Virus record (IMG/VR): IMGVR_UViG_3300032038_000044
Span: 25,221 to 89,220 of that record
Source of the DNA: a virus
Taxonomy: Duplodnaviria > Caudoviricetes
Direction: 5' to 3' (one strand)
Length of the DNA stretch: 64,000 nucleotides
Shown here piece by piece: positions 1 to 8,938 of this stretch. The translations under genes were made by a program, and so were the position numbers. Numbering within the stretch: the first letter of the stretch is position 1; each line of letters begins with the position of its first letter. The notes beneath the pieces are model-generated. The model was given only the letters and a program-made list of their open reading frames with translations, ran no database searches and was not told the origin of the DNA.

Positions 1-101
1 AAGCCTTCATCTTCATCATCTATAAAAAACATACACCCTACTGCTAGACTTCCAAAATTTGTCTGTTTATTTTTCTTTCTATTATCTACTACTGTAACCA
101 T
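1..101 (-). CDS. hypothetical protein, 5' part (runs off window start)
   Basis: Manual translation MVTVVDNRKKNKQTNFGSLAVGCMFFIDDEDEG..., GGAGAG RBS upstream; not in ORF track. Confidence 0.55.
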   Translation of the reverse strand, partial: MVTVVDNRKKNKQTNFGSLAVGCMFFIDDEDEG

Positions 102-119
102 AATCAATCTCTCCTACTA

Positions 120-305
120 TTAAAAAATAGAATCTTGTAATTTAAGAATGTATTTATCACCATCAGAATCAGCCTTATCTAAATAAAGACCTAAATCTTC
201 ATGTTGAAAAGTATGTGGATTAACAAAATCATACTTAATCTCTATTTCTTTATTATAATTATTTGTATCACTAATTATACGCTGAGCTAATTCAATCGCT
301 TTCAT
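120..305 (-). CDS. hypothetical protein (start revised to MKAIELAQ)
   Basis: RBS AGAAGGAG before ATG at 305; ATGA overlap with upstream ORF. Confidence 0.6.
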   Translation of the reverse strand: MKAIELAQRIISDTNNYNKEIEIKYDFVNPHTFQHEDLGLYLDKADSDGDKYILKLQDSIF

Positions 306-481
306 GTTTCTCCTTCTACATACTGTGAATAAGGGCATACCTTGTAATTCCAGCCACAACAAGCCAATGCCCTGAACTCTTCTTCAGTTAAATCCTCATT
401 ATCTCCGCATTGTTCCACACATTGTTCACCTATTAAATATCTGCAATTTTTTCTAATAGTTTCTTTTTTTAGTATGGTCAT
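302..481 (-). CDS. small Cys-rich hypothetical protein (59 aa)
   Basis: Manual translation MTILKKETIRKNCRYLIGEQCVEQCGDNEDLTEEEFRALACCGWNYKVCPYSQYVEGET; GGAGTG RBS and a sigmaA-like promoter at about 507-545; below ORF-track cutoff. Confidence 0.6.
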   Translation of the reverse strand: MTILKKETIRKNCRYLIGEQCVEQCGDNEDLTEEEFRALACCGWNYKVCPYSQYVEGET

Positions 482-577
482 AATTTATCACTCCTTTTTT
501 TCTCTCTTATATATAAATTATATCAAATTTTTTTCAATAAATCAAAAAAAGACCTATCACCAAGATAGGTCTTATCA

Positions 578-1495
578 TTATTCTCCTAATATAATATTCT
601 TTGCTAACTTCATTGTAGTTGAACCACAAAACTTACCAAAATTTGGTATCATGGCTACAATTTCTGGCTCTTCCTTTAGACAGTCATTGTAAAGTCTGTG
701 CGGAAGGTCCCTAGCCACGATTGACATATCCTCAGGCGTCAATTCCGCAGGATAAACACCCTCGTCAATAGCCTTGCGAATATTCTTTTCTACTCTTACT
801 CTTGTTACAATAGTCTCAGTGAGCTTCTGAAGTCTTTCCTTTTCCGCCAATGCCTCAAGGTCAATTACCTTAGTCTTCATAGTCTCCTTAAAGTCATCGT
901 TGACAATCTTTAGGTATTTAGGCAGACGAATATTACCATCATTAAGCTTTGTCTGATTCTTAACAACGATACCCTCCTGTCTATCACCGTACATTGGTGA
1001 GTTCATGAAAGTCATACAATGCTCCCAAGAGATGAACTGACCTTCATAAAGCACATGAATATACTCAAGACCTGCCTTATGTGCAAAAATCTTGACTGAC
1101 TTCTGCGGAAGCCACTCTTCCTTCATTGTATCATAAATGTCATAGACATACCATCTCTTATAGAACTCCTTGTTGTAAACAATCTTGTTCTTGTTACCCC
1201 ACTCACCAAACACAATAAAGTTAGGATGCTTCTTAAACATATGTACTGCTGGCTCTGGTAATGTCATGATGAAATCATAGAATCCACCTAAGGTATTAGA
1301 AGGGTTAAGGTCCTGCTTTCTACTGCAAGCATGCATAGCCCCCGCTTCCGCATCCCAATAAGCTGATGCGTTAGAACCATCCCACTTCTCTGTAATCTGG
1401 ATTTCATCACCCACTTCAAAAGCACCGGTATTAGTCTTAACTAAACCGTTATCTCCTGACATTCTAATATGTTCAATATCAATAAAATGCTTCAT
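578..1495 (-). CDS. RNA ligase, Rnl2-like nucleotidyltransferase
   Basis: Motif I TEKWDGSN, IVFGEW, YVYDI, QEGIVVK, YLKIVNDDFKE; C-terminal helical domain; own promoter at about 1524-1555. Confidence 0.85.
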   Translation of the reverse strand: MKHFIDIEHIRMSGDNGLVKTNTGAFEVGDEIQITEKWDGSNASAYWDAEAGAMHACSRKQDLNPSNTLGGFYDFIMTLPEPAVHMFKKHPNFIVFGEWGNKNKIVYNKEFYKRWYVYDIYDTMKEEWLPQKSVKIFAHKAGLEYIHVLYEGQFISWEHCMTFMNSPMYGDRQEGIVVKNQTKLNDGNIRLPKYLKIVNDDFKETMKTKVIDLEALAEKERLQKLTETIVTRVRVEKNIRKAIDEGVYPAELTPEDMSIVARDLPHRLYNDCLKEEPEIVAMIPNFGKFCGSTTMKLAKNIILGE

Positions 1496-1618
1496 TATTC
1501 TTCCCTTTCTTTTCTTTATATATAAATTATATCAAAAATTTTATAAAAAATCAAAGAATGGTATATGTCAATACTATAACGATTATTTGGATAATATGGA
1601 TAATTGAATTAACCATAA

Positions 1619-1975
1619 TTAATGTACTCCATAAAATATTTCATCATCACCAATGGTGTAGTATATAGTGTTACCTTCTTTATCTATGATTTTAAGGCGG
1701 TCTTCACCTTCATAATGGATATTTCCGCTATATGAATGTATAAGATTGCCTTGCTTATCTGATATAGTTACAGATGTGTATTCGTCTTGGCGGGCTTGTC
1801 TATTACCTTCTCGTATAACAGAATATACAAAAAGAATAAAGAAAATAGCCATAAAAACTCCAGCTATCTTTTGGACTTTTACATTAGCACTATTCCCGCG
1901 TACACTATCACCACTAGCGCAACACTCAACAATAAAGCCTATAAATAAACCTAATATAGATATTAATATTAACAT
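1619..1975 (-). CDS. membrane protein, 2 TM plus small beta domain (paralogue 1, DUF5052-like by eye)
   Basis: Two hydrophobic segments, then VTISDKQGNLIHSYSG...KIIDKEGNTIYY. Confidence 0.6.
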   Translation of the reverse strand: MLILISILGLFIGFIVECCASGDSVRGNSANVKVQKIAGVFMAIFFILFVYSVIREGNRQARQDEYTSVTISDKQGNLIHSYSGNIHYEGEDRLKIIDKEGNTIYYTIGDDEIFYGVH

Positions 1976-2259
1976 TATTTTGTCTCCTTGATTATGTCTA
2001 TGTAATAAGTTTTATTGGTTTCTGTATCTGTAAATTTGACGCGGTTTCCGCTACTCGTCATGACTACGGCGGTATAGGTATTTTCTTTATCTCTCTCCTT
2101 GAAGTCCGCAATACCTAAAAAAACTATCATACCTACTAAAGATATGCAACAAGCGATTCCAGTAGTTTTCGCCATTTTACTTGAGGTTGAGCATATGAAT
2201 AAAGCAAAAAACACAAGGAAAAATATAAAACATATAAATGCAATACATTCTATAACCAT
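1975..2259 (-). CDS. membrane protein, 2 TM (paralogue 2, shortened)
   Basis: Two TM segments, then NRVKFTDTETNKTYY. Confidence 0.6.
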   Translation of the reverse strand: MVIECIAFICFIFFLVFFALFICSTSSKMAKTTGIACCISLVGMIVFLGIADFKERDKENTYTAVVMTSSGNRVKFTDTETNKTYYIDIIKETK

Positions 2260-2261
2260 AA

Positions 2262-2654
2262 TTACTTTACTCCTTTAACTACGTTTTCGCCCTTATCAAA
2301 ATAGTAATATACATCATTACCATTTGCATCTGTATAATGAATTCTATTATTTTCCGAATCTAAATATAAATCTTCACCTGAGAGTGAGTCTTTTAAAACA
2401 CCCTTTTTATCATATACTTCTATTACTTTATAGGTATGGTTATATTCACTTACAGCAACAAAAGGTGCTAAAAATGTAACTAATACACCAATTACGATGA
2501 CCCCACCCGCAATTACTGTTACGATACGACTGAGAAAATTAAGAAATGCCGACATAGCGTCGTCCATACATTCTGCTATTTCAAGTAAACCGAATCCCGC
2601 ACATAGAATAACAATACCTATCACAACTGCTAAAATAAAAATTAATACTGACAT
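2262..2654 (-). CDS. membrane protein, 2 TM plus beta domain (paralogue 3)
   Basis: Two TM segments, then IEVYDKKGVLKDSLSG...NRIHYTDANGNDVYY. Confidence 0.6.
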   Translation of the reverse strand: MSVLIFILAVVIGIVILCAGFGLLEIAECMDDAMSAFLNFLSRIVTVIAGGVIVIGVLVTFLAPFVAVSEYNHTYKVIEVYDKKGVLKDSLSGEDLYLDSENNRIHYTDANGNDVYYYFDKGENVVKGVK

Positions 2655-2992
2655 TTTACTTTTTCACCTTTCTTTAATACATAATATTCGACATTCCCGC
2701 CCTCAAAAACTAACTTTACAGTATCCCCATCAACAGAATAAGAAGTTACATGATAGTTCTCTGTTACATCTTCTTTTTCTATTGTTACTTTATAAGAGTC
2801 TGCCTTTGTATTATTTTCAACAATATAATGGAGTCCTTGGTTGACGAAAAATGAAGTTATTGCGGCACTGAGGACTATTAAAAATTTTCCTGCGAAACTG
2901 TCTATGTTTTCGTCAAAACCTAATGCAAAACATAAACCTACTACTATTGTGACAAGTCCAGGTATAAGTATATAAAGTATTGTTCCCATCAC
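2642..2992 (-). CDS. membrane protein, 2 TM plus beta domain (paralogue 4)
   Basis: Two TM segments, then YKVTIEK...DTVKLVFEGGNVEYY. Confidence 0.6.
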   Translation of the reverse strand: MMGTILYILIPGLVTIVVGLCFALGFDENIDSFAGKFLIVLSAAITSFFVNQGLHYIVENNTKADSYKVTIEKEDVTENYHVTSYSVDGDTVKLVFEGGNVEYYVLKKGEKVKCQY

Positions 2993-3528
2993 TTCTCATC
3001 CTCCCAGTTCTTTACATCAATACAGTTTGCGGCGGCGACGGCTAATGCAGCCCTATGGTTGTCTGGGGTAGTCCCAGCCGTGGCGTCCGCATAAATAGTA
3101 ATAGGTAAATGAGGGTACTGCGCACGAAGAATAAGGGCGTTACTGATGACGCAAATGTCTGTACACACGCCTACTATAACGATACCATCACTCGGTTGAA
3201 CAATATCAATATTAAAACTTCCAAAAGTTGCCTTTGGAATGAGTCTATGGCTTTTCGCAACTTCGGCGAGTTCGTCGACAATTTGCCATCCCCATTCATG
3301 CATTACACAATGTGTTGGAATTCTCTTGCCCTCTTCCATATCTTTATAGAACTGCGGAACATGAGTATCGGCTGTAAAGATAATACTCTGTCCTCTATTA
3401 TGGAAATATTCAACTACATCTTTTACTACCGGAACGACCTTTCTGGTCTCATCTGTTGCAAGGAGAGCGTTAGGCTCCGGTCCCGCAAAATCATTCTGCA
3501 TATCTATTACTATTAGTGTCTTATTCAT
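2989..3528 (-). CDS. pncA: isochorismatase-family cysteine hydrolase, nicotinamidase-like
   Basis: LIVIDMQNDF, DTH, HC...GW, K-TF-SF and catalytic GVCTDICV motifs. Confidence 0.8.
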   Translation of the reverse strand: MNKTLIVIDMQNDFAGPEPNALLATDETRKVVPVVKDVVEYFHNRGQSIIFTADTHVPQFYKDMEEGKRIPTHCVMHEWGWQIVDELAEVAKSHRLIPKATFGSFNIDIVQPSDGIVIVGVCTDICVISNALILRAQYPHLPITIYADATAGTTPDNHRAALAVAAANCIDVKNWEDEK

Positions 3529-4241
3529 TCGCGCCCTTTCTCCTTATAAAAATCTGGGTCTATTTTGTTTATTTCAGAAACAATTTCTCTAGCTGTTCCC
3601 TTTTCGCATCCCCATTGTGTATGTAATGCAGTTACAGGGTCTAAATAAAAATGAATACCATTAGTACAAACATTAAATCTATTAGAATCCCATAGATTTG
3701 CATATACATTATGTCCTACTGTATATTCTATATTTTGTCCTCTACTATGGAAACAATTGTGATAAATAGAATCATATTTTCCTATACCATATGTTTTATA
3801 CTGCGATATTCTATAAATTGATATTACTTTAGCCTTTTCCGCCCTGCATTTCTCACAAACTCCATTATTTGCTCTTGGTGTTTCTGCATCAATCTGTAAC
3901 TTAACTAAAAAGTCTAAATCATGAAACTCATTATAAAGTATTTTATATCCGTATATAACTTCATTCTGAGGACATTTTGATGGAATAAGTTTATCTAAAT
4001 ATTCCTTTACTTCAGGATATTCTATTATTGTATCAAAGTCAATATGAATATCTTTTTTACAGCTTGATAAATCAAGATTAAAAGTACAGTTAGTGTATAT
4101 ATTGCCAGTTAAATAAACAAATGAAGGTTTATTTATTTCAAAATGACAATTATTAAAAATACAACATGTTATATCTACTCCTTCACCTGGTCTTGTAAGA
4201 GTTATTATTTCATCTTTAAATTCACAACCACAATAATTCAT
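3525..4241 (-). CDS. pentapeptide-like N-terminus plus DUF5758-like domain (start revised to MNYCG)
   Basis: KCRAEKAKVISI...YTVG...WDSNRFNVCTNGIHFY matches the family from memory; GGAGGTGAG RBS before 4241. Confidence 0.6.
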   Translation of the reverse strand: MNYCGCEFKDEIITLTRPGEGVDITCCIFNNCHFEINKPSFVYLTGNIYTNCTFNLDLSSCKKDIHIDFDTIIEYPEVKEYLDKLIPSKCPQNEVIYGYKILYNEFHDLDFLVKLQIDAETPRANNGVCEKCRAEKAKVISIYRISQYKTYGIGKYDSIYHNCFHSRGQNIEYTVGHNVYANLWDSNRFNVCTNGIHFYLDPVTALHTQWGCEKGTAREIVSEINKIDPDFYKEKGRE

Positions 4242-4254
4242 AAACTCACCTCCA

Positions 4255-4404
4255 TTACTCCCCGAGCGAAGCGAGGAAACCGATACGTATTGCAACCTTG
4301 ATAAACATAACCATAAGGTAGGTTTCTCCATCATTATAGATGAGTGATACTCCTAAACCTGCGTTCCCGCGGTTGAGATTGTTTACTTTTACTCCAAATT
4401 TCAT
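4255..4404 (-). CDS. small hypothetical protein (49 aa; start revised to MKFGVK)
   Basis: AAGGAG RBS; promoter TTGAAA-17-TATAAT at 4474-4502 on the minus strand. Confidence 0.45.
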   Translation of the reverse strand: MKFGVKVNNLNRGNAGLGVSLIYNDGETYLMVMFIKVAIRIGFLASLGE

Positions 4405-4499
4405 AAACTCGCTCCTTTCAGTCGCTCGTTGAGTGACTCTTTTACCTCTTTTTCTTATTTCTTTTATATATTTATTATATAATAAATTTTTTTTAATTT

Positions 4500-5400
4500 C
4501 AAACTTTCCCGACCGAAGGGAGGAAACTACGTTGCTCATTGCGAGGTTGCGGGGAGGGTTGGTGATTTTGTCTGGTTTTTCATGATTTTTTGTTACATTT
4601 TCTTGAAGGGGAGATTGTAAAATTTATATAAAATTTTATTAATTTTTTATCTATTTTTTGTTGATATTTACATAACATTTTCTTGAGGTGGAGTCGAAAT
4701 AGAGTTTTGTGCAAAGTGTATAAATTTTTGTTTAGAATTTAGTTAATTTTTAGTTATTTTTACATAACTTTTTATTGGGGTGGAGTGCGCCTTCCTTAAG
4801 ACCCCTTATATCGACCTACCCTAGCCCAGAATTACGTCACGGTTCGGCTCGGATTCCTAATGTCGCCAGTCTCTTCCTACGAGCGTAGCGAGTGGTAGAG
4901 ACGGAGACACAAAGCGGAAACGCTTGCGTTTTCGCGCCCTAGTCACGCATAGTAATCACTTGAAATTTATTAAAAATTATGTTATAATTAAATGGGAGGC
5001 CTTTCTTAGCACGTAGAAATGTGACATTTTATTAACTGGGAGAGGAAAAATTTTTCCCGTGTTAATTAAAATAAGCACTTTTTAAAGCCAGGGTATATGA
5101 ATTTTCTTAACACTTTCATACCAAGGGTGTAAATATCCCCTAGGAAGATTAGTTAGCCCCAGATCTAGATTAATATAGACCCGGGTCCCGCAAGAAAAAG
5201 CAAGAGGGCAAATAGAAAACCCAAAGTAAAAAGTTGTAAAAAACTCAACTGGGTACGCAAGAAAAAAGTTGTAAATTTATCAAACAGGTATAATATAAGC
5301 AGTTGAAAAAATTACAACTTTTTTCATGATTTCTCATGGAAAGAAAAATGCAATCTTTTTTTGTAACAAGAGGGAAAAAATTGCATAAAAAGTTGGACAA
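4500..5400. other. long non-coding region, putative replication origin/control region
   Basis: Divergent strand switch, degenerate 80-90 bp AT-rich repeats, GNA mini-hairpins, AAAAAGTTGTAA iteron-like repeats. Confidence 0.45.
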
Positions 5401-5439
5401 TTTGCCTTTGCCCCCTATTACTAAAAATCATATTAAGTA
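5394..5439 (+). promoter_or_regulatory. phage-specific promoter-like motif copy 1 (TGGACAAT...CATATT)
   Basis: GG at 5395 to NATAT at 5429 = 34 nt, same as four other copies. Confidence 0.55.
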
Positions 5440-5464
5440 CAAAGTTCTATAAGGAGGAAAAAAT

Positions 5465-6154
5465 ATGAAAGAACTAAAATTAGGTAAAGTAAGTTTAAAA
5501 GAACTTGCAGAGTGGTTTGGTAAAGGCTATAGCGCAATCGTTCATAATAAAGAAGAATATTATAAAAAACTAGAAACATATTGTGATTTTGAAATTTTAC
5601 CATCCGGAAAAGTTAATATTACAGCAATTCGTACCCCTACATTCTCAGGTAGCGGGAATAAGCAAATTATAAAAGATAATTTTGTGAAAGAGTGGAATGA
5701 TAATGGTTTAGACACTGCTAGAAATGTATCTGAGAAAATTTTTGATAATAATGAAGACGACTTAACTATTACCAGAAGTACCGCATATACATACACATTA
5801 CAAGCCCGCAACGAGCTTTATAATAAGCCATTCTGCGGAAGAGGGGAGAAAGGTTGCTGTGAGTACGTATGGTGTGTTGACTTGGGAGAAGGGCAATTTA
5901 GAGAACTCAATGAGGATGAACAAAAGGTAAAAAATGACCTATTAAAGAAATATTTTGGCAACACAACAGAAAAGCAACTTATGGTAGAAGCTATGGTAAA
6001 GGCAGGAGAGATTACCGAGGCAGAAGCATTTAGCGTTCTAAAAGAAATGACAGGGATGAATCAAGCAGGATTCTTTGGCTTCTTAAAAGAACTTAGTGCA
6101 ACTCTACATTGTAGAGTAATAAAGGCTACTAAACTTATTAATTCAGCTTGGTGA
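5465..6154 (+). CDS. hypothetical DNA-binding protein (N-terminal HTH-like), possible replication initiator
   Basis: SLKELAEWFGKGYSAI HTH-like segment; AAGGAGG RBS; only rightward gene next to the iteron-like repeats; function inferred. Confidence 0.45.
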   Translation: MKELKLGKVSLKELAEWFGKGYSAIVHNKEEYYKKLETYCDFEILPSGKVNITAIRTPTFSGSGNKQIIKDNFVKEWNDNGLDTARNVSEKIFDNNEDDLTITRSTAYTYTLQARNELYNKPFCGRGEKGCCEYVWCVDLGEGQFRELNEDEQKVKNDLLKKYFGNTTEKQLMVEAMVKAGEITEAEAFSVLKEMTGMNQAGFFGFLKELSATLHCRVIKATKLINSAW

Positions 6155-6177
6155 GCGGGACAGGTCCGACACCAAGC

Positions 6178-6333
6178 TTATAGTATACCATAGCGCCGCT
6201 TCCGCTCTTTCTTCTTTTCCTCTTGTTGAAACTCCGGACCGAGACAAACATCGACGGAGACATGCCGTTTTGTCCTTTCTGAATATGGTTTTTCTTTATA
6301 AACAGACGATTCTTCTCCTAATTCTTATTTCAT
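6178..6333 (-). pseudogene. small ORF with in-frame TAA at codon 3
   Basis: ATG AAA TAA followed by 48 open codons in the same frame; consensus promoter TTGACA-17-TATAAT at 6393-6421. Confidence 0.3.
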
Positions 6334-6447
6334 TTCTCTCTTGTTTAGAACCTAGTAGATTTAAGAGGAGATTGAAAAATGCCTCCCGTTCTATTATATC
6401 ATATATTTTTTTATTTGTCAAGTAAGAATCTTACACCTACCCCTGGT

Positions 6448-6575
6448 CAAACAACTGGGCGGGATTGGCGTATATAGGGGTCCTTAGGAACCCGGTGAAC
6501 TGCTGACGTAGGCTAATTCCGGGAAAATATAGGTAAAAGGGCGACAAACAACTAGGTGAAAAATGCGTATATAGG
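6448..6575 (+). repeat. two 31-bp direct repeats CAAACAACT-N11-GCGTATATAGG
   Basis: 6448-6478 and 6545-6575, outer 9 and 11 nt identical. Confidence 0.8.
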
Positions 6576-6654
6576 CTAGGTTGGGGAGGGAATGGGGGCT
6601 GAACCGATGGTTTACGCCCCGCCCAGCACATTTTAGGAACATAAAACCACAATT

Positions 6655-6737
6655 TTTGTGCAAATTTCACAAAAAAATAATCCTAAAGTGCTAAAAATAA
6701 CGAAAATACTGGCAGTTTTGCACAAAAACTGCCAGCC
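6655..6737 (+). repeat. cassette unit A (partial): TTTGTGCA box plus 27-nt hairpin 6709-6735
   Basis: CTGGCAGTTTT-GCACA-AAAACTGCCAG followed by CC; no consensus rightward promoter. Confidence 0.75.
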
Positions 6738-6754
6738 AGACGCAAAAAAGAGGT

Positions 6755-7093
6755 CTATTCAACCTCTTTTCCACCAAATTTCTCTACAAAATCCTGAAAA
6801 CTGTTATAATCATAGTCATTTAGATAAAAATCTTCTAACTGGTTAAGTGTATAGTCTGTCTCAAAATAGTAAGCATAATACCCGCCATTCTCATAAGCAG
6901 ACTCCTCATCTTCGTCTATACACTCATAGCTCTCGATAAGACCCCATATAAGGTCGCCGCCAATATCTCGCGCAATCGCTGCAAAGCGGTCTGTAGGTTC
7001 ATCTGGTTCAAGCTCTATAAACGTATAGTCATTGATACCATGTAGCCCCTGATAGTTACCCTCACAAGCTACTACAAACAAAATCTTATTCAT
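6755..7093 (-). CDS. hypothetical acidic protein
   Basis: ORF with GGAG RBS. Confidence 0.65.
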   Translation of the reverse strand: MNKILFVVACEGNYQGLHGINDYTFIELEPDEPTDRFAAIARDIGGDLIWGLIESYECIDEDEESAYENGGYYAYYFETDYTLNQLEDFYLNDYDYNSFQDFVEKFGGKEVE

Positions 7094-7103
7094 ATCTTTT
7101 CTC

Positions 7104-7418
7104 CTAATCTAATTTCCTTATATTATCATATACCTCGTAATACTGGCGGAAGTCCTCGGTATAGAGTTCCAGCTCTTCCTCGGTGGGCTTGTCTGTTTGC
7201 GATACCCACACAAACCAGCCAGCATCTCTGGCAAGTCTGCGCTCCTTTTCTGACCTCGTATAATTCTTGATAAGGTCAGCCACTGTCATTATGCGCATGT
7301 CCGCATATCCGTACGTATCATAGATGAACCGCCATTCGCGCCAGTCCTTGTGTGTGCGCTTGAATCTATATGCTATTTTCTTCCACACCTTTCTCTTAGG
7401 TGTTTTACAACCGAACAT
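7104..7418 (-). CDS. hypothetical protein
   Basis: ORF with AAGGAG RBS. Confidence 0.65.
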   Translation of the reverse strand: MFGCKTPKRKVWKKIAYRFKRTHKDWREWRFIYDTYGYADMRIMTVADLIKNYTRSEKERRLARDAGWFVWVSQTDKPTEEELELYTEDFRQYYEVYDNIRKLD

Positions 7419-7443
7419 ATATTCTCCTTTTATAGGGGGCGCA

Positions 7444-7809
7444 TTACTTTGCGCCCTTAGCCTTTGGTGGTCTGTGCTTTGTCAACTTGAGTGTGTACTC
7501 TGTTGTACCTTGCTTAAATGATACCTCAACCTCGTTCTTAACTGATATATCCGTGACATCAGAGAACTGACCGAGGGTTTCCGCCATCTTCTCAATGAGA
7601 ACTTTCTTCTCTTCGTCTATCTTGCGGACTACATTTCTTTTCTTCTTTTCTGTTGTTGCCTGAACATAGGTTTTAATCTCTGTCGCGCCCTGTTCCATCT
7701 TTGCCATCTCTAAGGCTTCTTCCCTAGTGACTGGCTCTCCATCCTCTTCACATTCTTTCATAATCTGTGTAACGAGAACTTCAATATCGACTTCTTTCTT
7801 CTTTGCCAT
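7444..7809 (-). CDS. hypothetical protein
   Basis: ORF with RBS and upstream promoter (unit B). Confidence 0.7.
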   Translation of the reverse strand: MAKKKEVDIEVLVTQIMKECEEDGEPVTREEALEMAKMEQGATEIKTYVQATTEKKKRNVVRKIDEEKKVLIEKMAETLGQFSDVTDISVKNEVEVSFKQGTTEYTLKLTKHRPPKAKGAK

Positions 7810-7844
7810 ATCCTATTTCCTTTCTTTTTTTATTTTCTAAAAAT

Positions 7845-7890
7845 ATTTTATCATATTTTCAAAAAATTTTCAATAGTAAAATTGCACAAA
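7845..7890 (-). promoter_or_regulatory. cassette unit B (left half only): leftward promoter plus TGCACAAA box
   Basis: -10 at 7845-7850, box at 7883-7890, same 33-bp offset as other units. Confidence 0.65.
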
Positions 7891-7919
7891 AATTTTTTAA
7901 TTTTTTGGTTGGGGAAGAT

Positions 7920-8642
7920 TTAATCTTCCCACAACAGTTTACGCATCTTCTTATGCTGACGATAGCAATATGCCATAATTTCCTTTTCTATCATTACATC
8001 TTCAAGCCCAGTATGAGCCTCTGTGAAGTCATTATCTCCACTAATGAAACGATATAGAATCTCTGCGGTGAATCTAGGCTTACCAGTCTTAGTTGCATAT
8101 CCATTATCCTGGCAGAATCTGATATATGTAGGCATCTTACCCACAACATCCTTAGCCATCTTGAGCGTATCGCAAATCTTGATATTAGGGTTGAAGAAGT
8201 AGCGATACTTTGACTTTGTAAGCCATCTCTGGGTATTCTGAACTGTGCCATAATCAAATCGTGCATTGTGAGCATATATCTCCTCTACACCATACTTGGC
8301 AATAACTTCATTGAAGATTACCCAAATATTGTAAAATGATGTTAAAGTTCTACGACCTGCCTTAATATCTTCCCAATACATAGGAACTTTACTTGCGTAG
8401 TATGCGGACTTCATTAATTCCTTTTCATTACAGAATATATCAGCATTAACAAATGAAAATGCTTCATATACGTTACCACGCTTATCAACTACTGCAAATC
8501 CAAAGTCGTATGTAAACATATTCCACGGACTTACCTCTGTTAAACCTCTATCGAGTGGACAAGTTTCTGTATCAAATACAATCTTATATGAGATACGGTG
8601 GTCTATCCAACCATTGTGATGTTTGTTTTCAATTTTCTTCAT
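7920..8642 (-). CDS. DEDDh 3'-5' exonuclease (DnaQ/RNase T-like)
   Basis: ExoI VFDTET, ExoII AHNARFD, ExoIII AHTGLEDV. Confidence 0.85.
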   Translation of the reverse strand: MKKIENKHHNGWIDHRISYKIVFDTETCPLDRGLTEVSPWNMFTYDFGFAVVDKRGNVYEAFSFVNADIFCNEKELMKSAYYASKVPMYWEDIKAGRRTLTSFYNIWVIFNEVIAKYGVEEIYAHNARFDYGTVQNTQRWLTKSKYRYFFNPNIKICDTLKMAKDVVGKMPTYIRFCQDNGYATKTGKPRFTAEILYRFISGDNDFTEAHTGLEDVMIEKEIMAYCYRQHKKMRKLLWED

Positions 8643-8761
8643 TTCTTTTTTCTTATTCCTTTCTTTCTTTATATACTTATTATAGCATATCTTGGAACTC
8701 TTGTCAACAACTTTTTTATTTCTTTTTTTTTGTTGTCCGTTCCTTTGTTTTCTATATTAGT

Positions 8762-8917
8762 ATTGTACCATACTAGGTGAGGTTTGTATAGTAGGCAATT
8801 TGCACAAAATTTAGGGAAAATGGTTGAAAATTTTTGTGCATAATTGCCTCTTGACAAAATCCCAAGACTATGTTATAATGGAAAATACTCGCCTTTTTGT
8901 GTGCAAAACGGCGAGGG
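8762..8917. repeat. cassette unit C: divergent promoters, box pair 8801-8840, hairpin 8888-8915 (28 nt)
   Basis: TTGACA 8851, TATAAT 8874 (17-bp spacer). Confidence 0.85.
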
Positions 8918-8938
8918 CAGTATAACCCTCGCCCGTCA

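Noticed and set aside
635-647. ACCAAAATTTGGT as a fourth operator copy
   Set aside because: 13 bp rather than 15, inside the RNA ligase coding sequence and not in a promoter
6325-6327. Stop-codon reassignment (alternative genetic code)
   Set aside because: A single case; long genes are intact under code 11, and TAA, TAG and TGA all end well-supported genes
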